Source: the human T2T-CHM13v2.0 reference genome, Homo sapiens
DNA length: 64,000 nucleotides
Assembly (NCBI RefSeq): GCF_009914755.1
Contig: NC_060942.1
Direction: 5' to 3' (one strand)
Below the pieces are notes generated by a model. It saw only the letters and a list, made by a program, of their open reading frames with translations. It ran no database searches and was not told the origin of the DNA. The translations under genes were made by a program, and so were the position numbers. The stretch's first letter is position 1, and the number at the start of each line of letters is the position of its first letter. Of this stretch, positions 1-13,279 are shown piece after piece.

Positions 1-88
1 AGGATCGCTTGAGCCCAGCAGTTTGAATCTGGCCTTGGTAACATAGTGAGCTCCCATCTCTTTAAAAAAAAAAAAAAAAAAAAAAAAG
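1..88 (+). mobile_element. Alu monomer (FLAM/AluJ-like) 3' part with poly(A), cut by window edge
   Basis: AGGATCGCTTGAGCCCAG...GGTAACATAGTGAG..CCCATCTC followed by an A tract. Confidence 0.85.
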
Positions 89-94
89 ACTAAA

Positions 95-220
95 AAGAGT
101 TCTGGAGATTGATGAGATTGATTGCATAACAATATAAATGTATTTAACACTACTACATGTACACTTAAAAGTTGTTAGGATAGTAAATTTCATGTGTATT
201 TTATTACAATTAAAAAATGA
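95..220 (+). mobile_element. Old L1M (L1MB/MC-like) 3' terminus
   Basis: GTTCTGGAGATTGAT...TGTACACTTAAAA..GTTAGGATAGTAAATTTCATGTGTATTTTATTACAAT, typical of L1M 3' ends. Confidence 0.7.
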
Positions 221-829
221 AGCATTTTTTTAAAACTAGGTAAAATTCAAAAGGCTATGCTGAAAAACATCAGATATCTAATAGGTAGAGATAAAATGAC
301 TAATTTAAAACAGGAGAAGATTAATGCTCAAAGAGGAAAGCCTGAACCATTTCTGGCCCAGGACAGATGCCCATGCAGAAAGAGAAGGTAATACATGGAA
401 TGATATTTGTCAAATGGTGAGAGGTAAAGGAGACAGTGCTGAAGTCCTAATATTCTCATGTGTATCACTGCTGGAGCCTCTTTTCCTAACTTGAGGGTCT
501 CTTGCTTGTGCCTTGAAGCTTTGGAAGGCAGCTGAAAGGTAAGCCAGTTGACTGACTCTAGGGAAGAACAAATGTATCACAGTTCAACTCCTGCCAAGGA
601 GGAAATCCTAACACAAAATCTTTTGTGTGGGATTAGTTCCCTCAGAGTCTCCATCTGATATGGAATTACAGATCTAGAAGATTCAGAGGATTGCCTAGGC
701 GACCCACAGAAAGACTACCTTGTTCCTGGACCATAAACCTCAGATCCCCAGCAGAGGCAATGAAAACTTCTCTCTGAAGAAAGTCAACACTCTAGGTATT
801 AAGTTTACATTAATAATTTCTCAAATATA

Positions 830-2597
830 TGTCAAGGAAACAATCATAGGATTCCTCTCCTCTGGACAAAACCAGATAAACCAGCATCAACAGAAACAAG
901 AGACAAAATAAATCTGCTGAAAATCTAAAGATTGGAATCATCTGATTCAAACTATAAACACTGCTGTGCTTGCTAGGCTCAGGGATATAAAAGTACAAAC
1001 CTAAAAATGTCAAAAACTGGGAAGCTATATAAGTAACATCGCAGAGGTGCAAAAGAATCTGTTTGAATTTTCAGAATGGAAAGGGTCAACAGCCAAAATA
1101 AACAACACACTAGATGGGATTAACATCAGATCAGACACACAAAAAAGAATACTAGTGAACTTTAAGATAGGTCAAAGGAAACTATCCATGATAAAAGCCA
1201 TAAAGACTAAAAAAAAAAAGTAAAATTCTAAGAGATGGTGAAGATATAGGGGATGTAATGAAAAGATATACCCATAGTTTAATTGAGGTTGCAGAATAAG
1301 AGGCAAGAAGGGGGCAATATTTGAAGAAATGATTACTGAGAATTTCTCTAGACTGATAAATTACATCAATCCAGTGATTCAAGAAGTCCAACAATCCCTT
1401 ATCCTATAACAGTGAAACTACAGAAAAATTAAAGACAAAAAATATTAAGTCAATCAGAATAAAAAAGTACCCTCATTGGAACAAGAATCAGAGACAGTGG
1501 GAGCTAAATGATGAGAACACATGGACATATAGAGGGAAACCACACACACTGGGGCCTGTTGGCGTGTGGAGGGTGGCAGTGGAGAGAGAATCAGGAAAAA
1601 TAACTAATGAGTACTAGGCTTAATACCTGGGTGATGAAATAATCTGCACAAATACCCATGACACAGATTTACCTATGTAAAAACCTGCACATGTACCTCT
1701 GAACTTAAAACTTTTGAAAAATAAAAAATGTTTAGCAATTAAAAAAAAGAATTACAAATAGTTGAATTCTTAACAGCAATAATGAAAACCGGAAAGCGGT
1801 GAGAAATACCTATAAGGTACCGAAGGAAAACTACCAATTTTCTATGAAAAATTTAATCCATAATGGAGACAAAATGAAGACACTGTCAGACAAACAATAT
1901 CTCAGCTAATTTGCCACTTGCAGACACATCTAAAACCAATGATGAGTTAATGACCATTCTTGGATTAATTTCTACTCCAGGCTGAAAGAAAAGAACAAAA
2001 ACAAGAAAACAGATGCAGCCTCCAAGATTCTAGAAGAATTGAAAGCAATGAGTATAGTAAATATATGGATAAATCAAATGTATTTTGGATGAATAAAATA
2101 ATAATAGCAGTATATCATGTTTAAATATGATACATTTTTATATTAAAATATGTGTATAATATACAAAAACAATATGAAGTGAAAGAGAATGAACCTTCTA
2201 ATCTCCTCTAATTTCATGGCAGACCTTATCACTGGATAAAAAAGTAAGACCTAAACATATGCTTCCTGCAAGAAACACCCTTTAAATATGAAGGCACAGA
2301 TAGGTTAAAATCAAGTAATTGGAAAAAGATATAGCACACAAACCTTAATCAAAGAAAGCTGGGGTGGCATTATTAGTAACAGACATAGCAGACTTCAGAA
2401 CAAAGAGTATGGCCAGAGACACATAAGATTGTTATGCAAGGATAAAGGAGTCTATCTTAAGAGGACACAACAACCTTTAACATGTATGCACTTAATAGAA
2501 CTTTAAGGTATACAAAGTAAAAATGTATAAAAACAAAGGGAGAAATAAATCCACAATTATAACTGGAGATTTTAATACCCTTCTTTTGGCAATTGAT
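830..2597 (+). mobile_element. Degenerate old L1M (ORF1 through start of ORF2 endonuclease), interrupted by a younger L1 3' end
   Basis: A-rich ORF1-like sequence (GGGATTAACATCAGATCAGACAC, GAATACTAGTGAACTT). ORF2 EN-like sequence at 2240-2597 (GAAAGCTGGGGTGGCATTATTAG..GCAGACTTCAGAACAAAG; GGAGATTTTAATACCC). Confidence 0.7.
1497..1750 (+). mobile_element. L1PA (older, about PA8-13) 3' UTR fragment
   Basis: GTGGGAGCTAAATGATGAGAACACATGGAC...AGGCTTAATACCTGGGTGATGAAATAATCTG...ACCTGCACATGTACCTCTGAACTTAAAA plus A-rich tail. Confidence 0.9.
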
Positions 2598-2599
2598 AA

Positions 2600-3800
2600 G
2601 GGAGTTTCCCCCCTCCAGAGCAATGTCAGGAGAAACTAAGTAAAACAAAAGGTTTAAATAAGATCCAGGGTCTCAAAATATAGTATTCCAAATGTCCAGA
2701 TTTTCATTGAAAATCACTTGTTATACCAGAACCAGAAAAATCTCATCCAAAAAAACAAAAAGATAGATGCCAGCATCAAGATAACAGCAATCTTAGAATT
2801 ATCTGACAAAGGTCTTCAATTACCCATCATAAAAATGCTTCAATGAGCAATTTCAAACACATTTGAAACAAATGAAAAAACAGATCATCTTAGCAAGCAA
2901 TGCAATATGTAAAGAAGAACCAACTGGAAATTTTAGAGCTGAAAAATACAGTAACAAAAAAACCCAATAGATGGGCTCAACAGCCGAATTGACGGCACAG
3001 ATGAAGGAATAAGTGAACTTGAAAATAGAACCATAGATATTTATCCAATCTGAAAAAGAGAGAAATAGATTAGAAAATAAATGAACGTATCCCCAAGCAC
3101 CTTTCCTAACAAAATCTAACATTTGTGTCACCAAGTTCAAAAGTAAAGAAGAAAAAGAGCAGGATTGAAAACACAATCAAAGAAATAATAGCTGAAAACT
3201 TTCTGAATTTGGCAGAAGACATAAACCTACAGAATCAGCTAGCTAAGTGAACCCCAAAGAGGATAAATTCAAAGAAATATCTATTCAGATCCATCATAAG
3301 AAAAAAACATCTTGAAGGCAGCCAGGGAGAAGTGAAACCTCACTGACAGAGGAAAAGCAATTCAAATGACAGTGGATTTCTGATTAGAAACCATGATGAC
3401 AGAAGAAAGTGGCCCAATATTTTTCAAGAACTGAAAAGACGTCAAGCCAGAATTCTGTATGTAGTGAAAACATCCTTTAGGAAAAGGGAACATTTTGCAA
3501 TGGAGAGTATGTTCTATCTCATGTGTGTGGTTTGGTTGCTCAAATGTGTATACTTGTCAAAACTCACTGAATTGCATACCTAAAATGGGCCAATATTATT
3601 GCATTTAAATAATACCTTAATAATGCTGACCAAAAACAAAAAAGGAATGAAGACCATGAGAGTCAACATAATGGCTACTGCTGGTGGTGAATACAGGGCT
3701 CTGTGGTTCTGGTTATGCTGTTGACTTATGGCAGGAACATAGATGTTCATTTTACAATTCAATGTGTACATTTATGTTTTGTGCATTTTAAAAATTAAAA
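2600..3800 (+). mobile_element. Second old L1M ORF1 region followed by L1MC/ME-like 3' end fragments
   Basis: ORF1-like GATGGGCTCAACAGC..GAATAAGTGAACTTGAAAATAGA, GCTGAAAACTTTCTGAATTTGGCAGAAGACATAAACC; 3'-end-like GTCAAAACTCACTGAATTGCATACCTAAAATG. Confidence 0.65.
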
Positions 3801-4029
3801 AGATGACACAGGTAGGAAGGAGAACTGTCTCTCCCTTCAAGAGATATCCAAAATCCTCCAAGTAATCTCAGAGCAAAATTCTTTTTAAATGTATCTTTTT
3901 ATAGAGACACATCACAATACAATTTTAAAAGTGTAAGAGATCCAGGGATATCATAGTTTTAATTTCTCCCAAAAGTGAATCAATAGGCTTTACAAAGTGC
4001 TATCTAGTATTATCAAAAAAGCATGAAAA

Positions 4030-4407
<378 letters not shown>

Positions 4408-5354
4408 CTAAAAATCAAAGACTTTCTAAGTTGCAGTCAAGTAGTAAGTGTTTCTTTCAAATGCTTGAAATGGATGGAAGAGTTGATATTATGAAAAGCT
4501 CCATTGATTGATTTTCAGGACATAGTGACTAAACTCTAGAATTATCCATGAGATCTGTTTCCTAGGAAACCTATCTCACCCAAAGTTGAAGTGGAAAGTC
4601 CTTTGGGAAGAAGAAGTTGCTTATTTTTAATATTTTCTTAAGAGAATAAAGTATGTAACTGCCAATGTAAGTCCTTCCATGTGGCAGTTTTAGTTACATG
4701 TCACTTGTTAGGCAAACAAGGAAATCTTTTTGACAACATCATAAAGTGTTCAGAAAAACTAGATCCAACCATATGGAAACAGAAGACAATCATCTAGGAC
4801 TGCACCTAATCTCAACTTTTCCTAAACCTTTCTCTTTTTATCTTGATAAAGCCTCGAAGTTAACATTTAATGCTTTATTCCATTTTCTTTTGTTAAACAT
4901 AGATCTCTTTACTACAATATAGAAGTAGCTCTAAATATCAGGCCTAGTGTTATTCTTGATGTCTCCATTTCTCCTACACAAAACTGAGGTCAGGTCAACT
5001 TTAGTCTCTGCCTTGCCTCATTTTCTTCTCCAATGCAAGCAGTGACCAGAAGCATATTCTGTTTCCTCACCATGGTCCCTTTACTTTGAAATTCAGCATC
5101 AGGTTTTCTGGGTTGCTGGTTCCAACAGGCCTTTTGCCCAGTACTTACAGATGGGTTTCTACCCCAAGGATCTTTTCTAACAATCCATCAGCTTCCCCAG
5201 ATTCTTTGCTAAAATTATAGCTGGAATCCTGACATTAGATGAAGGAGCACTCTGTGACTATATTTTAGTGTAATTTCTGTGCAGTGTATTTCTGTGTGGT
5301 ATAGCCACTAGATATGGGCATCCAAGGTTCCTGTTCTAGCTTTGTTCCTAGACT

Positions 5355-5510
5355 GTAAGTGTGGTTCACCAACAACATCAGCAGCACCTGGGCACTTGTC
5401 ATATATTCTGAATCAGAATGTCTAGAGTTAAGACCAGGAATCTTTTTTTTTTTAAGACAAAACTCCAGGTGATGTGTATGCGTATGCAAATTTGGGAAGC
5501 ATCACTTTAG
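5355..5510. mobile_element. MER5-type hAT-Charlie DNA transposon fossil
   Basis: AACATCAGCAGCACCTGGG..TCTGAATCAGAA..CCAGGTGAT..TGCAAATTTGGGAAGCATCAC. Confidence 0.7.
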
Positions 5511-6243
5511 GAGGCTCTGGCCCTACTGTGGCCATGCCTCTCCCCACAAAATGACAGGTCCACACAGGTAAGGGGAAGCACCCACCTAGTGCCCGTGTCC
5601 CCCTTCTAAGTCAATCTCTCAGAAACTACTCCCATTCCTGAGACAAAGGAAATCTGTGACCAAAGGAGACTACTTCTAGGGCCAGCACAGACCTCTTCCT
5701 CAGCTCATCCTTCTGAGGCCAAGAAGACCACCAGACAAATGACTAGTGGGTAACTTTTTGAGAAAAGTCAGAGTAGAGGGAGGACTTGGGAGCTGCACAG
5801 CCCATGGCATAAGCAGGAATCCATGTGTAGTGCAGGATGGGGCAAGAAGGTACAAAAAAAAAAAAGAAAAGGAGAGGGGTCTTCATTTGCACCCTTTCCC
5901 CAGAGCTTTAAATAAAGGTCTGCCTGGTTTCTATGGTTTAGCCATAGGAGAAGGGTAACTATGGATCCCTCTCTTTCCTCACACATTTTATCTGATTCCC
6001 CAACAAGTGCCAAGTTTGGAGACACTTTTATGGGATGACTGGAGCTTTCACAGTATGTCCAAAGGTCAAGATCCTAAGGTTTTGGTCTTTTCCTTCTCTC
6101 TTGCTTTCCTGGGCCAAGAATATTTAAAAGGCGGGCAGATTCTGCCCTAGGCATGGAAAGCTTGCTCACCAGCCAGCCTCCCACAGCCAGCATTCTGTCC
6201 TTTTCCTCAGCTCCTTTGTGGGTAATTCTATTACTACTCTCCT

Positions 6244-6244
<1 letters not shown>

Positions 6245-6274
<30 letters not shown>
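6245..6274. repeat. (AC)15 microsatellite
   Basis: Direct reading. Confidence 0.98.
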
Positions 6275-6276
<2 letters not shown>

Positions 6277-6363
6277 CAGGCAAGAGAAGATGTGACCCAC
6301 AGCCCATCTCTATTCTTACCCCACTCCTGGTCTGTATACCTAGTGACCAAGTGGTAGAAGCTA

Positions 6364-6615
6364 GGCCAGGCACAGTGGCTTACTTGAGGCCAGCAGTCTG
6401 AGAGTACTCTGGGCAACATAGAAAGACCCCGTATCTACAAAAATAAAAATAAAAATTTAAAAATTAGCTGGACATCATCCCATCTGTGGTCCCAGCTACT
6501 CAGGAGGCTGAGATAGGAGGATTGCATGAGCCCAGAAGGTTGAGGTTACAGGAAACCATGATCACACCACTGCACTTCAGCCTCGGTGACGGAGCAAGAT
6601 CCTGTTTTTTAAAAA
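6364..6615 (+). mobile_element. AluJ with internal deletion in the left monomer
   Basis: GGCCAGGCACAGTGGCT jumps directly to ACTTGAGGCCAG; J-type right arm GGAGGATTGCATGAGCCCAG..CCATGATCACACCACTGCAC. Confidence 0.9.
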
Positions 6616-6794
6616 TGGTGGGAGAACATCCCTTGCACAGTTCTAAGTGGTGCCACCTGCACACACTCCACATTCTTGATTTCTGTCCTCCACACAGCCA
6701 GGTAAAATATACCAGGAAACATATGAGAGCTGAACTCTTACCTACCTAAGCCCAGTGGCCAGCAAGCTCTCTTTTGTTTCATTACTGATAACAG

Positions 6795-7045
6795 GTAAGA
6801 GCATGAAATCTGGAGCCAGACTACCTTGGTTCAAAGCCAGCTCCACGATGAACAAGCTGTGTGAGTATGGGTGGCGCTCCTAAACTTTCTGTGCCTAAAC
6901 TTTCCTCATCTGTAGAATGGGCATAATGTATAACTTAAATCATATGATTGCTGTGAATATGTGAATGTGTAATATGAAATAAAATATGTAAATCACTTAA
7001 ACCTGAGCCAATATGTATCAAATGCTATTTAAGTGTTAGCTATCA
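6795..7045 (+). mobile_element. MIR SINE
   Basis: TGGAGCCAGACTACCTTGGTTCAAA..CTGTGCCT..TTTCCTCATCTGTAGAATGGGCATAAT..TGTTAGCTAT. Confidence 0.85.
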
Positions 7046-7231
7046 ACACTGTTATGAGATGTGAAATTCAGGCTTGGTCTTTAAGATGAAAGCAGAGCAG
7101 GCCTTCTGGTCTAATAAGATGTAAAGAGGCTTAGGGCTTTCCTAGCATTGGAAAAAAAAAAAAACAAGGAATCCTCCAGGTCATCCAGATGAACTCACTG
7201 GATCCTAAGGCTTGAGGCCAAAACACATCTC

Positions 7232-7332
7232 GTTTATTCATCAATACACATTTTGTTGCAAGACACATTGTTGGTGAGGGGGATACAGTGGTGAACAAAG
7301 CAGAAGTCCTGCCCTCATGGAGCTTACATTGT
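7232..7332 (-). mobile_element. L2 3' end fragment
   Basis: GGGGATACAGTGGTGAACAAAGCAGA..CCTGCCCTCATGGAGCTTACATT. Confidence 0.75.
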
Positions 7333-7604
7333 GATTATGGTACATGTCTACTTGTTTTGCCTTGGTTCACTGTCTGGGAAGAGGTCAAAAGCAAGGTTCA
7401 GTTACTCCAGGGTTTCTGAGCCAAATGATATCTTTAATACTACCTTCTAATAATGTCCTAAAAATCTCATTATGATTTTCATTCTCTATCTCTTAAGATC
7501 CCTTCTGCTTTATTCTTGGCCTCTTGTGCTGACTTCTTAGCTACAGTAGAGCCTCTTCTTACCGTATCTTTAGTTATTTGCCTTTGAACCACACTGAAAA
7601 ATTT

Positions 7605-8240
7605 CAGGATTTAGACTTTGAATTTTGACTCTGCCATTTGTTGGATGGCTGTATTAGTTTCCTATGGCCTCTATAAATTTTAGGCCCTGTACCTAAAAAT
7701 TACCATACATTTAGAGGCTTAAGACAACACATGTTTACTATCTTTCAGTTCTGGAGGTCAGAAGTCCAAAGTGGATCTCACTGGGCTAAAATGAAGTTAT
7801 TGGCAGGCTTAGCTCCTTCTGGACGTTCTAGGGATGAATCGATTTCCTTGCCTTTTCCAGATCCTAGAGGCTGCCTGCATTCTCTGGTGCAGAGGCCATG
7901 GCTCCTTCCTCTATCTTTAAAGCCATACAGCATCTTTAAATCTCCCTCTGACTCTGACCTCTTCTGCCTCCCTCTTCTGCATTAAGAGACACTTGCGACT
8001 ATATTGGACCCAACCAGATAACCCAGGATAATCTCCTTTTAAGGTCAGCTGATTAGTGACCTCCATTCCATCTGCAACCTTAATTCCCCTTTGCCATGGA
8101 ATGTAACATATTCATAGTTTCTAGGGATTAAGACATGGACGTCTTTAAGAATTCATTATTCAATCTAGCACAGTGGCCTTGAACAAGTTTTTGAATCTCA
8201 CTGACACTTGATTTCTTCATCTGTAAAATGGACATTAAAC
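7605..8240 (+). mobile_element. MIR split by the MLT1 insertion
   Basis: Left part TTTGAATTTTGACTCTGCCATTTG; right part CTTGAACAAGTT..TTTCTTCATCTGTAAAATGG resumes after 8177. Confidence 0.7.
7650..8172 (-). mobile_element. MaLR solo LTR (MLT1C/D-like)
   Basis: TGTATTAGTTTCCTA...CAGTTCTGGAGGTCAGAAGTCCAAA...CTAGCACA with TG..CA ends; 5-bp TSD ATGGC/GTGGC. Confidence 0.9.
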
Positions 8241-8254
8241 CATAGCAAACACAT

Positions 8255-8668
8255 GGACTCATCCTCCCGTCAGTGGTAGACTGGATGAAGAAATGTAGTA
8301 CATATACACCGTGGAATAGGCTGCAGCCATAAACAAACAAGATCATGTCCTTTGAAGGAACATGGATGGAGCTGGAGGCCAATATCCTTAGCAAACTCAC
8401 ACTGGAACCAGAAAGCCAAATACTGCAAGTTCTCACCTGTAAGTGAGAGCTAAATAATGAGAACCAACGGGCACAAAGAGGGGAACAACAGACCCTGGGG
8501 ACTACTTGAGAGAGGAGGGTGTGAGGAAGGAGAGGATCAGGAAAAATAACTGTTGGGTATGAGGCTTAGTACCTGGGTGATAAAATGGTCTATACACCAA
8601 ACTCCCGTGTCATGAGTTTGCCTGTATTAACACACCTGCAGATGTACCCCTGTACCCAAAAGTCTTTT
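8255..8668 (+). mobile_element. L1PA13-16-like 3' end
   Basis: GATCATGTCCTTTGAAGGAACATGGATGGAGCTGGAGGCC..GAGGCTTAGTACCTGGGTGAT..CCTGCAGATGTACCCCTG. Confidence 0.88.
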
Positions 8669-9544
8669 AAGATGTAGATTAAATTACTGTGAAATATAGT
8701 TGAAATAAGGATTTTTTTTAAATCACAGGTGTTTTCTGACTGACATACTGAGCTCACTTCCTTAAGCATCTACATATGTTACCTCTCCTTTCCTACTCAA
8801 CACAATCTACTTCCCACAGCCGTAACTGGCAAGATCCAAGAATGGGTCCTCATAACATCAGGTGGTCCTTTAAGGACAGAATCAGAGATAAAAGACGGAG
8901 AGGTACTCATTAGGCTTTAACAGTCATTTATATAAATGACTGCCTAGTATAAATTAGGTTTTATGAAATCGTTTCCTGAGAATAATTATCATAGCAATGG
9001 AGGAAATGGAAAATGATGGCCCTAAAACTGTCCCTGCTCCACAATTTTGCCAAAGGATAGTGTCGGTGATAATATTTTATCAGGGATCCCAAATCCCATA
9101 AGCACAAAAAATAATTTTCCTTGTCAAGTTTTAAGGGATATAATTGCTTAATCATTCAAAATGTCCCCTTAATGAATACAATCTTTGAGGTCATGATGCA
9201 AAGAATACATCTTAGTTCACTTTGGATTCCAGTTTTATAAGTAAAAGGTAGGTGCTTATTTTGACTTCCCTAACATTTTTTAAATAGACAAAATAGAAAA
9301 TTATTTTCTTCTCAAAACATACTTCTGACATTCCAATGACTGCATTGCAAGGGGATAAAATGTGATGGTACAATGAAGGTCCCCTGCTTCATTTAAAGTG
9401 GCTGCTGGCGTGATATGGAATGGGAGGTACCCTCAAAACAGACTGAGGTGTGTATGTGTCATTCTTTCTGAACATTTTTCTGGGCATTCAGAACATTCTG
9501 TCATTTTTATAGCATCTTGGTTCCTTCCCAGGTTTGGAAAATGT

Positions 9545-10030
9545 TGTACCTAATGAGTCTTGATAGAAGACAAAGCCCACCTCCCCTTTCAGAAGCTGAA
9601 GTGACAAGATGTCACTTTTCCAGACTCCTTTGAAGTTAGGACATGAGCAGATGACCTAGGCTCCCCCAGGCAGAGACTTGCTCCAGGTCATTAATTAGAA
9701 ACAAGTGACCATGCAGAATCTTTTCTGAAAATAGGAAGAGGCAATGGTGGCAACCACATCCAGGTACCAGGGCCTGCAGTGGCTACAGCCAGTACCTCAG
9801 AGCTTGCCATCAGCAGTGCAAGCTGCAGGAACCAGTGCTCAGCAGTGACATTAGGGGGGTCTTCACAAGACCAGCAATGTGGGGCCACTGTCTCAGGCAT
9901 ATAGCCCTGAGTCTGATTCTGTAGCTAACCCAACAATTATTTCAGCTCCCCAGTTTTACTTTAATGAACCCCTTGCTGCTTAAAAAAAATCCATAGTAGA
10001 TTTTTGTAACTTGTGACTAGAACCTTGAGA
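9545..10030 (+). mobile_element. Old ERVL-class solo LTR (LTR33-like)
   Basis: TTTTCCAGACTCCTTTGAAGTTAGG..ATGACCTAGG; 3' end TAATGAACCCCTTGCTGCTTAAA..GTAACTTGTGACTAGAACCTTGA. Confidence 0.55.
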
Positions 10031-10476
10031 AAGTGTTCCTGAGAGCTCTGTGCTTTAAAAGCACCTGAAAGTATATCTTGTATCACGCAGAGAAGGAAAA
10101 TATCCATCTACACTTCAACAGGGGGGTTTTTCTTTGGAAGGTAAAACAAAAGATATGAGAATATTAAGTGATGAAAAAAGAAGCTGATTTCAATCAGCTA
10201 ATGCAATCGTATGCATTGCATTAAATATACTTTATTGCTACTCAATCAGATTCACTCTTCACGTTTTGGGGTAACCTCATTCCCAGCTATCAGGGCTTAG
10301 TCAGGCATGACTGTGGACAATCAATACTGTTGAGGAAATGAATTCTAGCATAGAATGACACAATGACATCCAGGATGACACACCTGGCAGCTGATCAACA
10401 AAGAGATGCCAGTGGGATCTCCAAAAATCAAAAGTTCTCTGGAGAAATTGGTCTGGTAACAGTCCCATTTAGTACC

Positions 10477-10961
10477 TGTATTACTCAGGGTCTCCAGAGA
10501 AACCGAACCAATAGAATAGATATATCTACACATACATGGAGATTTATTATTAAGATTATAAAGGCTGAGAAGTCCTATGACCTGTCTTCTGCAAGCCGGA
10601 AACCCAGGAAAGCTGATGGTTTAATTCAGTCTGATTCTGAATGCCTGAGAACCAAGGAGCCAATATTATAAATCCCACTCCAAGGGCAGGAGGAGACCAA
10701 TGTTGCAGCTCAAACAGGCGGGTGGGAAGAAAAGAGGGTAAACTCCTTCCTCTGCTGTCTGTTCTATTTAGGCCCTCAATAGATTGGATGATGCCCGCCT
10801 ACACTGAGGAGTGTGATTTACTTTACTGAGTCCACAGACTCAAATGCTAATCTCAAAGAAACATCTTCACAGGTACACTCAGAAACCTAGAGATAATGTT
10901 TAACCAGATATCTGGGCATCCTCTAATCCAGTGAAGTTGACACATCAGAGGAATTATCATA
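10477..10961 (-). mobile_element. MLT2 (HERV-L) solo LTR, MLT2B-like
   Basis: TGTATTACTCAGGGTCTCCAGAGAAAC..GGCTGAGAAGTCC..GATTGGATGATGCCC..GTTGACACAT; perfect 5-bp TSD GTACC at 10472-10476 and 10962-10966. Confidence 0.92.
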
Positions 10962-12631
10962 GTACCTAAATAATTGTGAATTCTGTTTCACCTAACTCCA
11001 AGTTTCATAAATTTAAAATGTCAAAGCTGGAAAAGAAATTCAACATTACCTAATTTCCTCATTTTACAACTGGAAAACTGAAGTCTAGAGAGGATAAGTT
11101 AAAAGTAAAACCACACAGCAAGTTTTTTAGAAGTCTAACAGCACTGATAAGATGCTTCCAGGATGGAAACCACCTTGACTTAATTTAGCTCTCAATTCCT
11201 TTGATAGACTAAATTCTTAAAGTTTTGTTTGGCATACTATATGCAAAATTCAATCACCAGACATCATATTGGGCCACCGGCAAACAAACCCTATCTACCA
11301 GGCAGTTAAATTAAATAATTACAAGACTGTAAATTTTCAAATTTACAAATAAGAAATCCATAATGAGAAGGAAATTTCATTTGTTTGCTTTTTTATTCAC
11401 AGCAACCTTTGGAAGGGAATTATAGTTTAACAGGAAAAATTAAAGCCTATATAATCCTTCTTTGTAAGTAGATTAAGCTACAATAGAAGGATGAATCCCC
11501 TTATCTAAAGAAAAATGTAGTGGAGATAGTTCTGGATTTGTCACCCTTACTTCTCCTGACCTCAGAGAAACTTTTAGTTTTTTGTCTCAAAAAAACAGGA
11601 GTCTTTCTTCTCTCTCTGGTTTGATGACCTAGCAAGACAGAACTGAAGGCACAAAGCACTCATTAGATAAAAGGTGTCACTCCTACTGATTACTTTTGTT
11701 ATTAATATGTTCCTATGAGGTGCATCTTAGTATATCTGCAGTAAGTATACAAATTTGAGATGCCAAGAGTGAAGTTATCCTGACTGGGAAGGTGATAAAG
11801 TAGTATGGATTTAAACCCACTCTCTCTAACCCTAAAGTTCAGGCTTTCTTCCACTACAACTCCCTAACAGTCATTCCTCTCTTCCTAAGACTGCAACATA
11901 TTAGGCAGCAGCCTCTGACAATGGCATGGTCAACAAGATACCTCTGGGTAAAACGCAGTACAGACATGATGTCTCTCTCTCTGTCTAGACAGGAAAGACA
12001 GAAGATCAAGGCTAAACATCCAAAGTGTTTCTTCTTACAGTAGGCCATATTAGCAATTTGGAATACTAGATAGGTCAGGCTGGAAAACTAGAAGAGGTAG
12101 AAAATAGCATACTGAGCTAGGAAGCCAAAGTGGCATGACTGATCTCACAAGTTTCAAGGCCCCTTTGAGCAGCCATTTGCAAAATAACTTGTAGCAAAGG
12201 ACAGTTGGTGATTCTGGACTGAAGCATATCCAGCTTGCTGAGCAGGAGCTAACAACAGCTGTAGAGTTTTCCAGTCCCTTGGCACTGCTGCCAACCTATG
12301 CATTAAATCTCTCATTATAACCAACCAGTCAGATTCCAGTACTGTTGTCATCATTGTATCTCGAACCCCACATAAACTTCTCTCACTGTCAGGGTTTACC
12401 ACGCTGTGGTCAGGTACCTTATTCGATGACCTCCACGCAAGTTTAAGAATTTTAGGATTTTTCAAATCCTTTTTTAGATGTATTCACTGAGCCTCCTTGA
12501 TAAGATCATGTTCAGACATAGATGTATTAATAGCTTGATTTCTGAGCAGACCAGTTGACTAAAACAAGACATTCAAAATCATTCATACCAGAAAATTATC
12601 CAGATGCCTGGCTGATTACCCTGATGACTGG

Positions 12632-13060
12632 CTATAGCAGATGTTGTTGCCTATTCATTCTCCCTCTGCCCTCACTGCTCTGTGTATACCTAATGTAGGC
12701 TTCCACGGGCACGTGGGCTTTTTGCAAGGCAGACCAGATGTTTATGGGAATAAGCAGCCCTGAATGTAGCCCTCAACCAATGATTGATGGGCATGGGTGG
12801 GTAAAGTCATCTCCCTTGCCCCTTAGTTGGGATGATGATGTATTCTACACTGGCTCTCAAAGGCTGTTTTTGGGATATAGGCCCAGTTTTCCACAGCAAC
12901 ACTGGTTGATAATGTACTCATTGTCTACCTTCCTTCCTTCTGTGTCTCTTCTTCCTTCTCTACTCCTTTTCTAATGCTTCTTGGTGTCATTTTACAAGTA
13001 ATCTACTAGCACTGACAATCTCGTCTGTAGAATCTACTTTGCAAAACCCAACCTCAAATA
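12632..13060 (+). mobile_element. LTR16-like ERVL solo LTR
   Basis: TAGCAGATGTTGTTGCC..GCCCTCAACCAATGATTGATGGG..CCTTAGTTGGGATGA..AAAACCCAACCTCAAATA. Confidence 0.65.
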
Positions 13061-13279
13061 AGGGTGATTTCCCAGTCTTTGAAGTCTTTCTGATGAGTCT
13101 GCTTCATCCAACATTGTCATTCTTAGAGTTTCACTCTAGCCATATATGGTGACTCATTCCTTCAGGCTTTTTCTGTTTTTTCCAGAAAGAAGAATTTTGT
13201 TAGCCAAAGAAAAAAATGGCTAAACACGAAACTGAAGATGTTGGCAAAATTCAGATTATTCTGAGCCTCATATCCATGC

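Noticed and set aside
10199-10223. TAATGCAAT-N7-ATTGCATTA hairpin
   Set aside because: 9-bp AT-rich arms are expected by chance several times in 64 kb.
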